A stretch of DNA of 64,000 nucleotides. Source: the human T2T-CHM13v2.0 reference genome, Homo sapiens. The stretch lies in the NCBI RefSeq assembly GCF_009914755.1, contig NC_060926.1; one strand, 5' to 3'. Shown here in pieces: positions 50,687-64,000 of the stretch (within the stretch, counting starts at the first letter, position 1; each line of letters starts with the position of its first letter). The notes under the pieces were generated by a model. That model made no database searches and had not been told where the DNA came from. It saw only the letters and a list, made by a program, of their open reading frames with translations. A program made the translations under genes and the position numbers.

Positions 50687-51670
50687 CTATACACCACAAG
50701 AGAAAGTGAAATGAACAATTAGGGTATGTGCAGAAAATGTTAGAACATCTGTTCATATTCAGTTTAAATATCATTTTTTTCCTGCTCTTTTTAAACATAC
50801 TGTTGTAAAATAAAACACAGACAGGTATGTATATCTTACTGAATTACTGTAAGGCAAACATCCTTGTAACTACCACCTAGTTCAAGTGGTAGAATGTTGC
50901 CAGTTACTCCAGAAACCTTTTCCCAATAACAGCTCCTTCCTACATAGTATTTTTTTTTAAATAATTTTTATTACCCAAATGTGCCTTGGTAGAAACTGTA
51001 GCTTGGTCTTGCTGTTGTTTAGTTATTTTATTTGACTCACAGTAACTGAGATCTCTCTTTTTAATCTACAGGTTGTTGCTTCTTCTCTTGTGCTTAGAAT
51101 TTACCTGTAAAGCACTGGATTATTTTACCTGTAGTTTCTTACAGTCTGGATTTTACTTGATCACATATTCATAATGTAATTCAACATAATTTGCTGTCCT
51201 CTCTATTTCCTGCAGATTGGCAGCTTAATCTAGCAGCATGTTCAGATTCAAGATTGATGTCTGTTATGTTCTTTTTTCAGGTGGTGCATAATGCCTGGGT
51301 TTTGCTCTTATTCTGTGCTAGCAGCCATTTATGCTGGATGCCTAGATCCATTAATTTATTGGAAGCAGCAAAATGGAGATATCCTAATATATTTTTGTTT
51401 TTATTTATTTGCTGGAATGATTTTATAAAGGGTCGTTTTCTTTCTTTTACTATTCAGTTACCCAGTGGTATAGTTCATATAGAAAACACATGGAAAAGAA
51501 TGTTTGATTCTTTTCCTTTTATTTACCTGGTTTTCAAGGTAATGAATATGAAGTGGTGGATTAGATATTACTGATAAGATTTAATACAGTATAATTATTC
51601 TCCTTATTAAAGCTCAAATTAGCCCATCTTTGGTCACCAGTGGGGAGTGTTCTTCTTTTGGCTCGTAAGT

Positions 51671-51986
<316 letters not shown>

Positions 51987-54900
51987 TGACATGATCTTGG
52001 TCTAGCTTTGATAGCTTTTATGCTATCTAGTATTTTTAAGATGTTTTGCCACAGACATGAAATTAGCCATTTCTCCAAGAAGCCCTTTTAATGGAAAATG
52101 ATATTTCAAAAATCTCAGTGTGGGTGCTAAGGATGCTTATTCCTACTGGGTTGGTCATTGTTTCTAGGCTTTTTAAGTGAACAGAGTTGGGCATTTGCTA
52201 GTTTCTATATCTATATTGAGATACACAGAATATTTTGGTTCTTAGGGCTCAAAGAATTCTACAATTCACATATCCTATAATTATTTACTTGCTTCATGCT
52301 ATCCTGTAATTAAAGATAGTACTTATAATTACCATATCAGTTATTACTAGAACAATGAAAATTTTTAACTTTATCTCCCATTTTCTTTCTTTTTTCATAG
52401 TTGCTCTGAATTTACATTTTCAAGCCATATAGCCACTGCATGTTATAAATTCTCCCCTTTAATTATCATTTAATCATAGTTCCAAAGATAACTACATAGT
52501 TAAAGCTCATCACAAATCTTTATAATCTGATTGTGTATTAAACATTTTCTAGTAATATGACTGGCTAAGTGTAAGCATAAAATTACCATCAGAAATCAAA
52601 TAACGTATTTGATAAGTAGGCTCTTTGGAGGAGTGTGAAATGATGTAATTGTTTGTTGATGTTCCAAGTACGATCCACAGACTGTTGCCAGTCTGTAAAC
52701 TGTAGTTGGTCCGTGAAGAGACACATGCAGAAATTAAGTGTAAGATTTAGCTACTTTTATAGCAGTCTGACATAAAGCATGTTAGTGTGTTTTGCAAAAG
52801 CATCAGTAGCTGACAGATTGGAAACTTAAACAACAAAACATAACTGGTCCTTTTCCACATGTAGTTTGAAAGACACGGTTACACACAATCTCAGCCCTTA
52901 TCTCTACAATAATTAGGTCTTTCAGATAAGTGGTTTAAGAAACAGATAAATATGAGAGAAACATGTAGATGTGGGCTAATAAAATTTTTACTGAGAAGAT
53001 GGATGTAAGCTAGACTTTGGTTTGGTTTGGCTTGATTTGGCAGGGAGATATGATCAGAGATATGAGAACATTTTTAACACGGAATTGTGGGCACACAAAA
53101 CATATCATAAAAATGGCCTGGCTAGAGTAGAAGATTTTTACCAGTTAGGGAGGAGAGATTAAATGGGAATAGTTGTATAAAGGCCTTGGATCCCAAGCTA
53201 AACAGCTAAGACATTTTCATACAGACAATAATAGGGAGCCATTCATGCTGCAAAAGAGTACAAGGTACTTTTTTCAATGCCTACGAGGTACTTTTTTCTA
53301 TGCCTAAGAATCCAATAAATAGCTCTACTCTCTGTTACTTGGGTTCTAGTGAATAATTTATTTATTAGATTTATAGTACAGTATTAATAAGTGATATGAA
53401 GAAAAGCAAAATAAGGTATTTTAAATTAAGGTGGTCAAAGTGTATTTTTCTAGACATTGGAATTAATAACATTTGTGTCCCTGAAGGCTATAATACTTGT
53501 TCTCTCGTTTTATCTTACCCAACTCTAGGAATGCCTTGGGAACTGCCCCTTCAGTCTAGATATCTATAATTTAAAACTTGAGTTCCTACATATTTCTGAA
53601 TATGTTATTTTTTAAACTTGTTTTTCTACTAACATTGTATCTTGATTGGCTTCTCTGTTTATTGGGTTTGGTATATCTCTCTAATGGTATTAGCTTTCCA
53701 CAAATACTTGATGATTTTTGGTTATGTACTGTCTTTTGTATTTGTGATTTCTGGTTCACTTGGTTGCGAATGCTGTTTCTCTTTACTGTAGCCTGCCTTA
53801 TGTGATGGTTAAGGTGGGAAGGAATACAAAGCCAGCTACAATGTGCCTATAGTTTGCCTCTTTCAGTTTGGGGTTCTCCATTCATTCCTTCTGAAGATTA
53901 CCCTTAATTCTAAATTTTTGGACCTACTGTCCACAATTGCTGTTTTAGACAGGCTTCACACTTTCATTTCCTATAGTTGAATCCAGTTGGAGTGGGATTA
54001 TGGGACTGTTCGGAGTTAATTACCACAGCTGCTCCCTACCTGATTATCCTGACAGTAATTTGCAGGCCTCTCTTAATTATTTTATCTATGGTAACTGAAC
54101 TCGTACCTGAAAATTTCTTTTCTGTTTTTTACCTCCACATAGAGCAGTCTCTTTCCTACGTAGTTTGGGCTGTGGTTTTATGAATTTTTTTTCCTCTCAG
54201 TAAATCTAGTCTTACCACTTTATATCTTTAAGGATTCCTCAAAATGTCTGGTCCATTGATAACATATGTTCATATGTTATAGATTGTTTTTAAGTATTAC
54301 AGATTCTTTTGCTTTATGTATATCTTCCCTAATGTATATCTTCTCTAATGTTTTATGAGGTTGGGAGCAGATAGGCTAATAGGAGTATATATTTACCCTT
54401 GCATCATTTAGGCTCAGTCTTAACATCTTGATCCAAACTTCTAATTGATGTCCTTTAAAACATGCTTTTTAATACTCTGATAATAGTGTACTAAAATAAT
54501 GTTGATTATTGCTAGTCAAAGGCAGCCATGCAAATTAATATACACTGTTGCATTTGACCATTTATGTATTACCTTACCTAACAGATTAATAAGATTTTAT
54601 TTCATTAGAAGTTATTGATACTATAAAGTATTTGTTCTAGGAAGACAATGATAAAATCTAGTTTATATTTTATTAATAAGTTCTATCTTCTGATTAAATG
54701 AATGGTAGGTGGTAAAAGCGTGCCTCCTGTATTAGGTTACTTGTAGAATCTTTTAAATAAAGAAGCAAAATGGTTTCAAGGTAAATTAGCATCTAAGAAA
54801 TGTATTTTTATTCTACCCATTCTCTCATTAGTGTAGGTTAGCTATTCAAATTGGGTCATTTAGTTTGAAAACTCTCACTCATTCTTCAAGGCACAATTCA

Positions 54901-55458
54901 AATGTTATTCTCCGGGGTCTTCTAAACTCTCTAAGAATTGTTCTCTATTATATACTCTCATGATGTTTCTAATGTATTATATTAGTTATAGGACGTCTCA
55001 TTATGTTGTAAATATTGCTTTATTGGGTTCCTTTTCACCAAACTCTGAATTCCTCCATGTTTTATTCATGTTTGTGATGTTAGCATCACAGTTACTTAGT
55101 AAATGGATTGTAATACTTTTAGGAATGGTAAAATGAATACTAAGGAAAAGGTCTCTGATTTCTGAATTCTTGGTTCCTATTCCAAAGAGTCAGTTCTAGT
55201 CATAAATTGTGGGAAATCCTGAGATCCATTTTACTTTAGATTAAAGAATTTTAATAAGACATTTCAGTTTGGTTTAAAATTTGTTCTTTATTTTTATTTG
55301 GTAATAAGTACCATTTGGGTTTCTAATTAGTATTCGGTTCTTTGCAACCTTTGAAAATGCAATGTTTAGTTTTAAAAATAGAATCCTATTTTTAAAATAT
55401 ATCTCTAACAAAGCCCATAAATTTAGATTTATCATGTTTTTATTCATTTTTTTTGAAG

Positions 55459-55547
55459 GATCAGAGTAACAATGAAATTATGATTGGAGTGATGTCAGGA
55501 GGAATTCTGATTTATAAGAACAGGGTACGAATGAATACCTTTCCATG
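55459..55547 (+). CDS. PTPN4: PTPN4 coding exon (probably exon 10), FERM C-lobe start: DQSNNEIMIGVMSGGILIYKNRVRMNTFP(W)
   Basis: ttttgaag acceptor, gtaaga donor. 89 nt, in frame with the upstream exon. Confidence 0.95.
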
Positions 55548-55849
55548 GTAAGAACATCTATTGATACTTTTATGTTTACCACTGTATTACTAAATATAAT
55601 AATTTATATTAAAGGCAGTGGCTGTTGAACTATTTTAATGTTGTCATTTTACTTGTGAGATAAACTTTATACTTTATCCCACTTAGTTAGCACCTACCAG
55701 AAGACACCAAAATGGTTTATTTCAAAATTACTTTTTAAAAATTATTACTTATGAGTTTTTCTTTTATGGAATTTTTGAAAGATGATCAGAGCTTTCCAGT
55801 CTTTTTAGCAGAGATTTGCCCCCAGGGCAAATTGTTTTACCAGCATCTA

Positions 55850-57238
55850 ACCAATATGGGTTTTATCAGAGTTTAACCAAAGTAGGAGAATGGAAATACC
55901 CAATTTAGACCCCTCCTGCTTTCTTGTCTCACCTAAGGAGGGGTTGACCTGAGAAGCACCGAAGATCGCAGCCAAGAGGCACAGACCACTAAACCACTAA
56001 GACCTAATTACAGGATGAAAGAATGATTCCTCCCTGTCCCACACCTTACTGCCACATCAACATGGCTCATAAATAATAACAGGGAATCACAACTAAAATA
56101 ACTGTAAGGCTCAGATTGTTTAGGAGTCCCTTAGGGAAACCTGAAGACAGCAAGGATGTGAAAAACAAAGATAGAGAAAATTACAACCTCTGACACCTAC
56201 GGTTTGTACACAAACATTAAACATAGTCTTATGCCTTGCCAGGTCTACATAAAACTTCACACCAAAGGCATATTTATTTCTTTCTTTTACCCAGTATATC
56301 ATATCCAGCATTTAGCAAAAAATTACAAGACGTGTCGAAAGGCAGTAAACACAATTTGAAGAAACAAAGCAAGGATGAGAACCAGACCCAGATATAGAAG
56401 AAATTTTGGAAGTATTATACCAGAAATTTAAAATAACTGTAATTAATATACTAAGGGAAAAGTATATGGAAAAAGTGTGTAACGTACAAGAACAGACGGA
56501 AATGTAAGCACAGAGATGGAAACCTTATGAGAAAGAATTAAACAGGAGTGCTAGAAATAAAATGCATTGCAACAGAAATGAAGAATGCCTTTGGTCTTAT
56601 CGGTAGATTATACACAAGAAAAAAATGAGTGAGCTTGAAGATATGTCAATAGAAACTTCAAAAACCGAAAAGTGATGGGAAAAAGGAATGAAAGAACAGT
56701 ATTTAAGATATGTGATGGGAATAAAGAGAGAGAAGATCAGAAGAAATAAATATCTGAAAAAATAGTGGCTGATAGTTTTCCAAAATTCATGACAGCCACC
56801 GAATCACAGATGCAGAAAGTTCAGAGAATACCTAGCAGGTTAAATAACCCAAAAATCCACACTTACACACTATCATAGTCATGCTGCAGATAATCAGAAA
56901 ATCTTTTAAAAAGCAAAGCATAAAAAGCACATTTAACCTAGAGGAACAAGGTAAAAAATATGTTGTATTTCTCTTCAGAAACCATGTAAGCAAGAAGAAA
57001 CTGGAGTGAAATATTTTGGTTAAAGTGTTGAAAGAAAAAACCCACCAACCTGGAAGTCTGTAGCAAAGTTATCCTTCAGAAGTGAACGAGAAATAAAGAC
57101 TTTCACACACACAAACAAAAATTGATTGAATTTGTTACCAGTAGACCTGCCTTGTGAGAAATGTTAAAAGAAGTTCTTCATAGAAAAGGAAAATAATATA
57201 AGACAGGAATCTGGATCTACAGAAAGAAAAGAAAGCAG
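55850..57238 (+). mobile_element. Old L1M 5'/ORF1 fragment, sense
   Basis: A-rich ORF1-like sequence with ttatccttcagaagtgaa..agaaataaagactttc...gaatttgttaccagtagacctgcc. Confidence 0.75.
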
Positions 57239-60200
57239 AGAGGGGACTTCAAGATGGCTGACTAGAGTCACGGAGGCACTTGTGTCTTCCACAAAGAAGG
57301 ACCAGATCAGCAAGTAGATAAACACACAATGAATAGGACATTTAAAAGAGAACAGAAGAATTCAACAAGGAAGTGACAGGGAACCTCTGAGACACAGAAG
57401 GAGAGGGAAGCAAAGTAGCCAGCCTAGCCAGGATCACCTGAGAGCCAGGAGGAATTGCCCATTGCAAGGAAAAGGTAAGCAAGAGATCCTCAATAGTTCA
57501 CATTTGCACCAAAGATTACTGCAGTCCTTCTTATATGAGAGAGGCCCTTGACCCTCATGGGCCGTGAGACTAGCATAGGGAGCTGCCTGAAGTCCACACC
57601 ATGGCATTGTTTCAGAGAGGGAGTTTGCACTCCCTCTACACACCCCCTAAGACCCAGGCAGTTGCAACACAATGCCATTTTGAGAGCTCAGACCCCATCA
57701 GAATACATCCTGCAGTGAGGCCCAGTAGCTCCTGCATTTCCCCACTGACAACCCTCCATGTCCACACAGAGGGCTGCAAAGTTGCAAGACTTAACTGCAC
57801 CCAGGATACAGCTAGGTCCTCGAGACTGTATCTCGTGCAGTGTCCTTCACCCTGGGGAATGGGCAGTGCAGTGTGCCAGGGAGGCTGTACCTGTCATAAA
57901 GGGAGATGAAGCATGTGCTCACCACAGCCTCAGAGTTGCCTGCACAGGGACATTACCATTGACAGCAACTCACATCCTCCGGCAGCAAGACCACTGTACA
58001 GCTGCATGTGCCTTTGGGGGGCTAAGTAAGGACTGGCCTATCTGAGCACACCTTCCAGGGACATTTATATGCCCTGTCCACCGTCACCAGTGATAACATC
58101 AAGGGCCTGAACAGAGGACCATCCCAGCTGCTGGCACCTGTATATGTTATTCATGAACCTAGAGATTGACCCACTTAGAACTGTGAGGGCCCTCACGTGA
58201 CATCCAAGGGCCTGACGATAGATGTGCCTCGCCCTCAGCTACCACCTCCAGACACTGTTGGAGTCTAGGCATTGGCTGGCCATACCTGCAGCTGCTGACA
58301 CACACACACACACACACACACACACCTTTCAGGGGCTCAATAATGGACCTACCTTGCCTGCCACTGGCACCTGTGGGCACTTCCCAGGGGCCCAGGGACT
58401 GGCTCGTCCACCCTGCCTCTACCACTATTGTCCCCCACATGCATAGCTCAGGACCCCAAGGGATAGCCCACTGATACTGCTGACACCATGCATACCACCT
58501 GGAGACCCAAGGACTGGCATGCCCAGCCTGCCATCACCACAGCTGGTGCCCATGAACCAGCCTACCTGGCATTTCCATCCCCAATACAGCTTCACCACAA
58601 CCTCTACACCCTAAGCCACTGAGGAACTCACAGACACCTCTGACACTGATTAGAGCCAAATAAATAATGTGAAGACTATGCTACTGCACCCATCCAGAAT
58701 CAAAGCCAAAGCACCCTATCCAGCCAACACTATAGGTACATCACAAGAAAAAGTTTGTTCCTATGACAGCCAATTCATAAAATTGGAAGAAGCACCTGTT
58801 ACACCAGATGTGCAGATATCAACGTATAAGGACAGAAGAAATAAATGCCTGAAAAATAAAATAATGATATTAAAGAAATGCAATGATATATGACAGCTTG
58901 ACAATACAGAGATATCAAGAAAACCATTCATAATCTGAATGAGAAATTCAACTGAGAGATATTTAAAAAAAAAAGCCAACAAATTTTGGAACTGAGTTCA
59001 GTGAATGAAATAAAAAATACAATAGAAAGCATCAACAATAGACTAGATTAAGCAGTAACAATAATTTCTGAACCCGAAGACAGGTCTTTGGAAATAACCT
59101 AGTAATTTTTTAAAAGGCTAAAAAAGCCTGAATGACAAATGGAACACTGTAAAGCAGCCAAATATTTGAATTTTGAAAATTTCAGAAGAGTTGGGCAAAG
59201 GCATAAAAAAAAAACCTATTTAAGAAAATACTAGCTGAAAGCTTCCCAACTCTTGCAAGACGTAGAGACGTTAAGATACCAGAAGCTCAAAGAACCCCAC
59301 AGACATTCAACCCGAAAAGGTCTCCTCCAAGGCACTTCATAGTCAAATTTTTAAAAATCAGAGACAGAAGTCTAAAAAGAGCAAGAGGAAAGGATCAAGT
59401 CACACATAAGGGAATCTCCATCAGACCAATGGCAGATTCCTAATCAAAAACCTTACAGGCCAGGAGCGAATATGGTGGTATATTCAAACTGCAGATAAAC
59501 CAGTAGAAATGCTGACTGAGGATACATCACCCAAGCAAATCTACCCTTCAGAAATGAAGTAGAAATAAAGTCTTTCTGAGATAGGCAAAAACTGAGAGAA
59601 TTCATCACCACTAGATGGATCTCACAAGAAATGCTTAAGGGAGTCCCTACATCTGGAAGTGAAAGGATGCTATGAACTATCATGAAAACACACAAAAGTA
59701 TAAAATTCCCTGACAGAGCAGATAAGATATATCTAGAGTAGATGAGAAAAAGAAAGGAGTCAAAGGTTATTACTACAAAAAAAAAAAAACCAAATAATCA
59801 AGGGAAACAATAAGAGGATGAAAGGAATAAAGGATGTACAAAACAATCAGAAAACAATTAGCAAAATAACAAGAATAGATCTTTACTTAACAACATTGAA
59901 TGTATATGGTTTAAGTTCCCGTTAAAACTTAGACACTGGCTGAATGGATGTAAAAAAAGAAGACCGAATTCTATGCTACCTACAAGAAACTCAACTTCAC
60001 CTGTAAAAAGCACAATAGACTAAATGTAAAGGGAAGGAAAAATCCCATGTAAATGGAAACCAAGAGCGTACAGAAGCAGTTATTTTAGACAAAATATACT
60101 TTGTAAAAAACCATAAAAAGAGACAAGGTCAATATCAAATGATAAAGGGATCAATTCAGCGAAAGGATATAACAATTGTAAATATGTACCTAATACTGGA

Positions 60201-63046
60201 GCACCCAGATATATGAAGTAAATATTGTTAAAGATAGAGAAACAGACTCCAATACAATAGTAGTTGGGGACTTCAGCACACCAGATTCACCACTGGACAG
60301 ATCATCTAGACAGAAAACAAACATTGGACTTAATCTGCACGGTAGACCAAAGGAACCTAATAAACATTTAAACAACATTTTATCCAACAGCTGCAGAATA
60401 TGCATTCTTCACCTCAGCACGTGAAACACTCTTCAGAAAAGACCATATGTTAGGCCACAAAACAAGTCTCAAAAAAATTTTTAAATAGTAATTATATCCA
60501 GTATTTTCTCACACCACAATGGAATAAAACTAGAAATCAATAACAAGGAACTTTGGAAACTGTACAAATACATGGAAATTAAACAACACTCTCCTGAAAG
60601 ACTGTTGGGTCAATGAAGAAATTAAGGCAGAAATAAAAAAAATTATTGAAACAAAAACAGCAACATAACATACTAGAACCTGTGAGATACAGCAATAGCA
60701 TTGCTAAGAGAGCTATTTATAGCAATAAATGCTTACATCAGAAAAGTAGAAAGAGCTCAAATAAACAGTTTAATGATGCATCTCAAGGAACTAGAAAAGC
60801 CAGAACAAACCAAGCCCCAAATTTAGTCGAAGAAAAAGCAATAAAGATCAGAGCAGAACTAAATCAAGTAGAGACTGTAAAAATAATACAAAGGATCAAC
60901 AAATTGAAATTTGTATTTTTTGAAGTGATAAAAATCAACTAACAACAAAAAAAGAAAAAATTATCTAGGTGTGGTGGCACATGCCTGTAGTCCTGGGTAC
61001 TCGGGAGACTGAGGCAGGAGGATCACTTGTGCTCAGGAGTTCATCCTGAGTGACAGTGTGAGACCTGTCTGAAAAAAAAGAAAAGACAGAAAAAAACTAC
61101 CAGCCAGTATTCCTAATGAATATAGATGCAAAATTCCTCAACAGAATACTAGCAAAGCAAATTCAATAATACGTGAAAAAGAAACATTTTTCACGTATCT
61201 ACACGTGATCAAGTGGAGTTTATTTCCAGGATGCAAGGATAGTTTAACATACAAATATCAGTAAGTGAAATACTTTATTACATCAACAGATTGAAAACCA
61301 AAAACCATGCAGTCATCTCAGTAGACACATAAAAAGCATTTGATAAAATTCAACATCCCTTCATGATAAAAACTCTCAACAAATTAGGTGTAGAAGAAAC
61401 ATATCTTGACACAATCAAGGCCATAAGTGACAGTTCCACAGCTAACATCATACAGAACAGGTCAAAGCTGAAAGCTTTTCTTCTAAGAACTAAAAGAAGA
61501 CAAGGATGCCCACGCTGACCACTCTTATTCAACATAGGACTGGAAGTCCTAGCCAGAGCAGTCAGGAAAGAGAATGAAATAAAGGCCATCCATATAGGAA
61601 AACAGGAAGTCAAATTGTTCCTCTTTGCAGAAAACCTGATCATAAAGAAAAGCCTGAAGACTCCACTGAAAGTCTCTTAGAACTATTAAGTGAATTCCGT
61701 TAAGTTGCAGGGAACAAAATTAATGTACAAACATCTGTTACGTTTCTGTACACCAATAATAGCTGGAAAAGAAATCAAGAACGCAATCTCATTTACAGTA
61801 CCTACCAAATGTTACACTTAGGAATAAACCAAGGAGGTGAAAGATCTCTACAACAAAAACTACAAAACACTGATGGGAAAAAATTGAAGAGAACAGAAAA
61901 AAAGTAGAAAAACATCTCATACTCATGAATTAGAAAAATTAGTACTGTGAAAATGACCACACTACCCAAAGCATTCTACAGATTCAATGCAACATCTGTC
62001 AAAATATCAATGACATTCTTCACAGGCATAGAAAAAGCAGTTTCAAAATTCATATGGGTGGGGAGCCAAGTGGCTCACACCTGTAATCCTAGCGTTTTTG
62101 GAGGCCAAGGCAAGAGGATTGCTTGAGGCCAGGCATTTAATACCAGCCTACACAACATAGCAAGACCTCGTCTCTATAAAAAAATATTTTTAAAAATTAG
62201 CTGGGCATAATGGCATGTATTTGTAGTCCTAGCTACTCCGGAAGCTGAGGTGGGAGGATCACTTGAGCCCAGCACTTTAAGGGTTACAGTGGGCTATGAT
62301 CATACCACTGCACTTCAGCCTGGATGGCAGAGTGAGACCCTTTCTCTATTAAGAAAAAAAAAATATTGTATGGAACCCTAAAAGATCCTGAATAGCCAAA
62401 ACAATACTGAGTCAAGAGGACAAAGATGGAAGACATCAAATTATCCTGTGAAGCTACAGTATTCACAACAGCATGGTACTGGTATTAAAATAGACACATA
62501 GACCCAACAGAACAGAATAGAGAACATAGAAATAAATCCACGTATTTACAGCCAACTGAATTTTGACAAAGGCACCTAGAACATAGAGTAGGGAACAGAC
62601 ACCCTTTTCCATAAATGGTACTGAGAAAACTGGGTATCTATTGCAGAAGAATGGAACCAGACCCTTATCTCAGTATATAAAAAATCAGCTCCAAATGGAT
62701 TAGAGAGTTACACGTAAGACCTGAAACTATAAAACTGCTAAATGAACATAGAGGAAATGCTTCAGAATACTGATCTAGGCAAAGATTTTATGGGTAGGTC
62801 TTTAAAAGTACAGGCAACAGAAAGAAAAATAGTCAAATGGGACTATCAAACTAAAACGCTTTTACATAGCAAAGGAAACAATCGACAGAGTATAGAGACA
62901 ACCTATAGAACTGGAGAAAATATTTGCAAATTGTACATCCAACAAGGGCCTGGTATCCAGAATAACAAGGAACTGAACAGCAAAAGCCAGCCCAATAATT
63001 CATTTTTTAAAATTGACATTTCTCAGAAAAAAGACATGCAAATGGT
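57239..63046 (+). mobile_element. Long sense LINE-1 (L1MA/L1M2-type): 5'UTR, degenerate ORF1 and ORF2
   Basis: Start gaggggacttcaagatggctgactag after an A-rich site. GC-rich UTR to ~58800. EN motif atagtagttggggacttcagcacc. RT motif agacaaggatgcccac. No intact ORFs. Contains (CA)n ~58298-58325, an Alu monomer ~60963-61080 and AluJ ~62060-62362. Confidence 0.92.
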
Positions 63047-64000
63047 CAAATTGAAGGTTTGTGGCAACCCTGCATCAAACAACTCTGTTGTTGCCATTTT
63101 TCTGCCAGCATGTGCTCACATTGTGTCTTTGTGTCATATTTTGGTAGTTCTCACAATAATTCAAAGTTTTTTATTGTGTATGTTATTGTATCAGTGATCT
63201 TTGCTCTTAGTATTATAATTGTTTTGGCATGCCACAAACCACACCCATATAAGACAGCTAACTTAAGTGATAGATATTGTATTGTTTGTTCTTTCTGCCC
63301 CACTGACTGGCCGTTTCTGTCTCTCTTCCTCTCCTTGGAACTCCCTGTTCACTGAGACACAACAATATAGAAATTAGACCAATTAATAACCCTTCAGTGG
63401 TCTATAAGTGATCAAGTGCAAGGAAGAGTTGCACTTCTGTCACTTTCGATCAAAAATTAGAAATGATTAAGTTCAGTGAGGAAGGCATGTCAAAGTCAAG
63501 ATAGACCAACAGCTAGGCCTCTTGCACCAATTAGCCAAATTGTGAATGCAAAGGATAAATTTTTGAAGGAATTGAAAGTACTACTCCATTGAACACCCAA
63601 ATGATACAAAAGTGAAACAGCCTTATTGTTGATATGGAGAGTATCTTAGTGGTGTGGATACATGAAACCAGCCACAGCATTCCCTTAAGCTTAATCCAGA
63701 ACAAGGCCCTAACTCTCTTTAATTATGTGAAGACTGAGAAGAGAGGTGAGAAAGCTGCAGAAGAAAAGTTTGAAGCTAGTGCAGGTTGGTTCATGAGGCT
63801 TAAGAAAAGAGGTCATCTCCATACATAAAAGTTCAAAGTGAAGCTGCAGGTTATACAGAATATCTAGCTGTCTGGCTAAGTGATGAATGGCTACACTAAA
63901 CAACAGGTTTTCAATGTAGATGAAACAGCCTTCTATTGGAAGAAGATGCCATCTAAGACTATCATAGATGAAGTTAATACCTGGCTTCAATGTTTCAAAG
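63047..64000 (+). mobile_element. Tigger1 DNA transposon with degenerate pogo-like transposase, 5' TIR missing, runs off the window
   Basis: caaattgaaggtttgtggcaaccctgc. ORF 63634..63828 reads LVVWI...[43 protein letters not shown] is encoded near 63918. Confidence 0.93.

Noticed and set aside
53262-54350. Small tandem duplications (aggtacttttttc.atgccta x2; atgtatatctt..cta x2)
   Set aside because: Ordinary microduplications with no sign of function.
57239-64000. Potentially active L1 or Tigger1 transposase
   Set aside because: Numerous stops, frameshifts, deletions and nested Alus.

Overview
Primate (most likely human) genomic DNA from inside PTPN4 (FERM-domain protein tyrosine phosphatase PTP-MEG1), transcribed on the + strand. 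Eight small GT-AG coding exons (626 nt, probably exons 3-10) splice in frame to most of the FERM domain. The rest is intron packed with repeats: old L1s in both orientations, about 20 Alus, solo LTRs (MER50, MER48-like, MER9/HML-3, MST), a deleted ERV1 provirus with a broken env, a MER85 piggyBac MITE next to an exon, Tigger/hAT elements, a tailless 7SL retrocopy and a probable SVA 5' end at the left edge. Almost all listed ORFs are repeat-derived or spurious. I found no convincing new biological system. The best unexplained signal is a diverged ~160-bp hairpin-containing direct repeat. Together with inverted AluYs, it brackets an in-frame-skippable three-exon block. Repeat subfamily names are from memory of consensus sequences, and most repeat boundaries are approximate.
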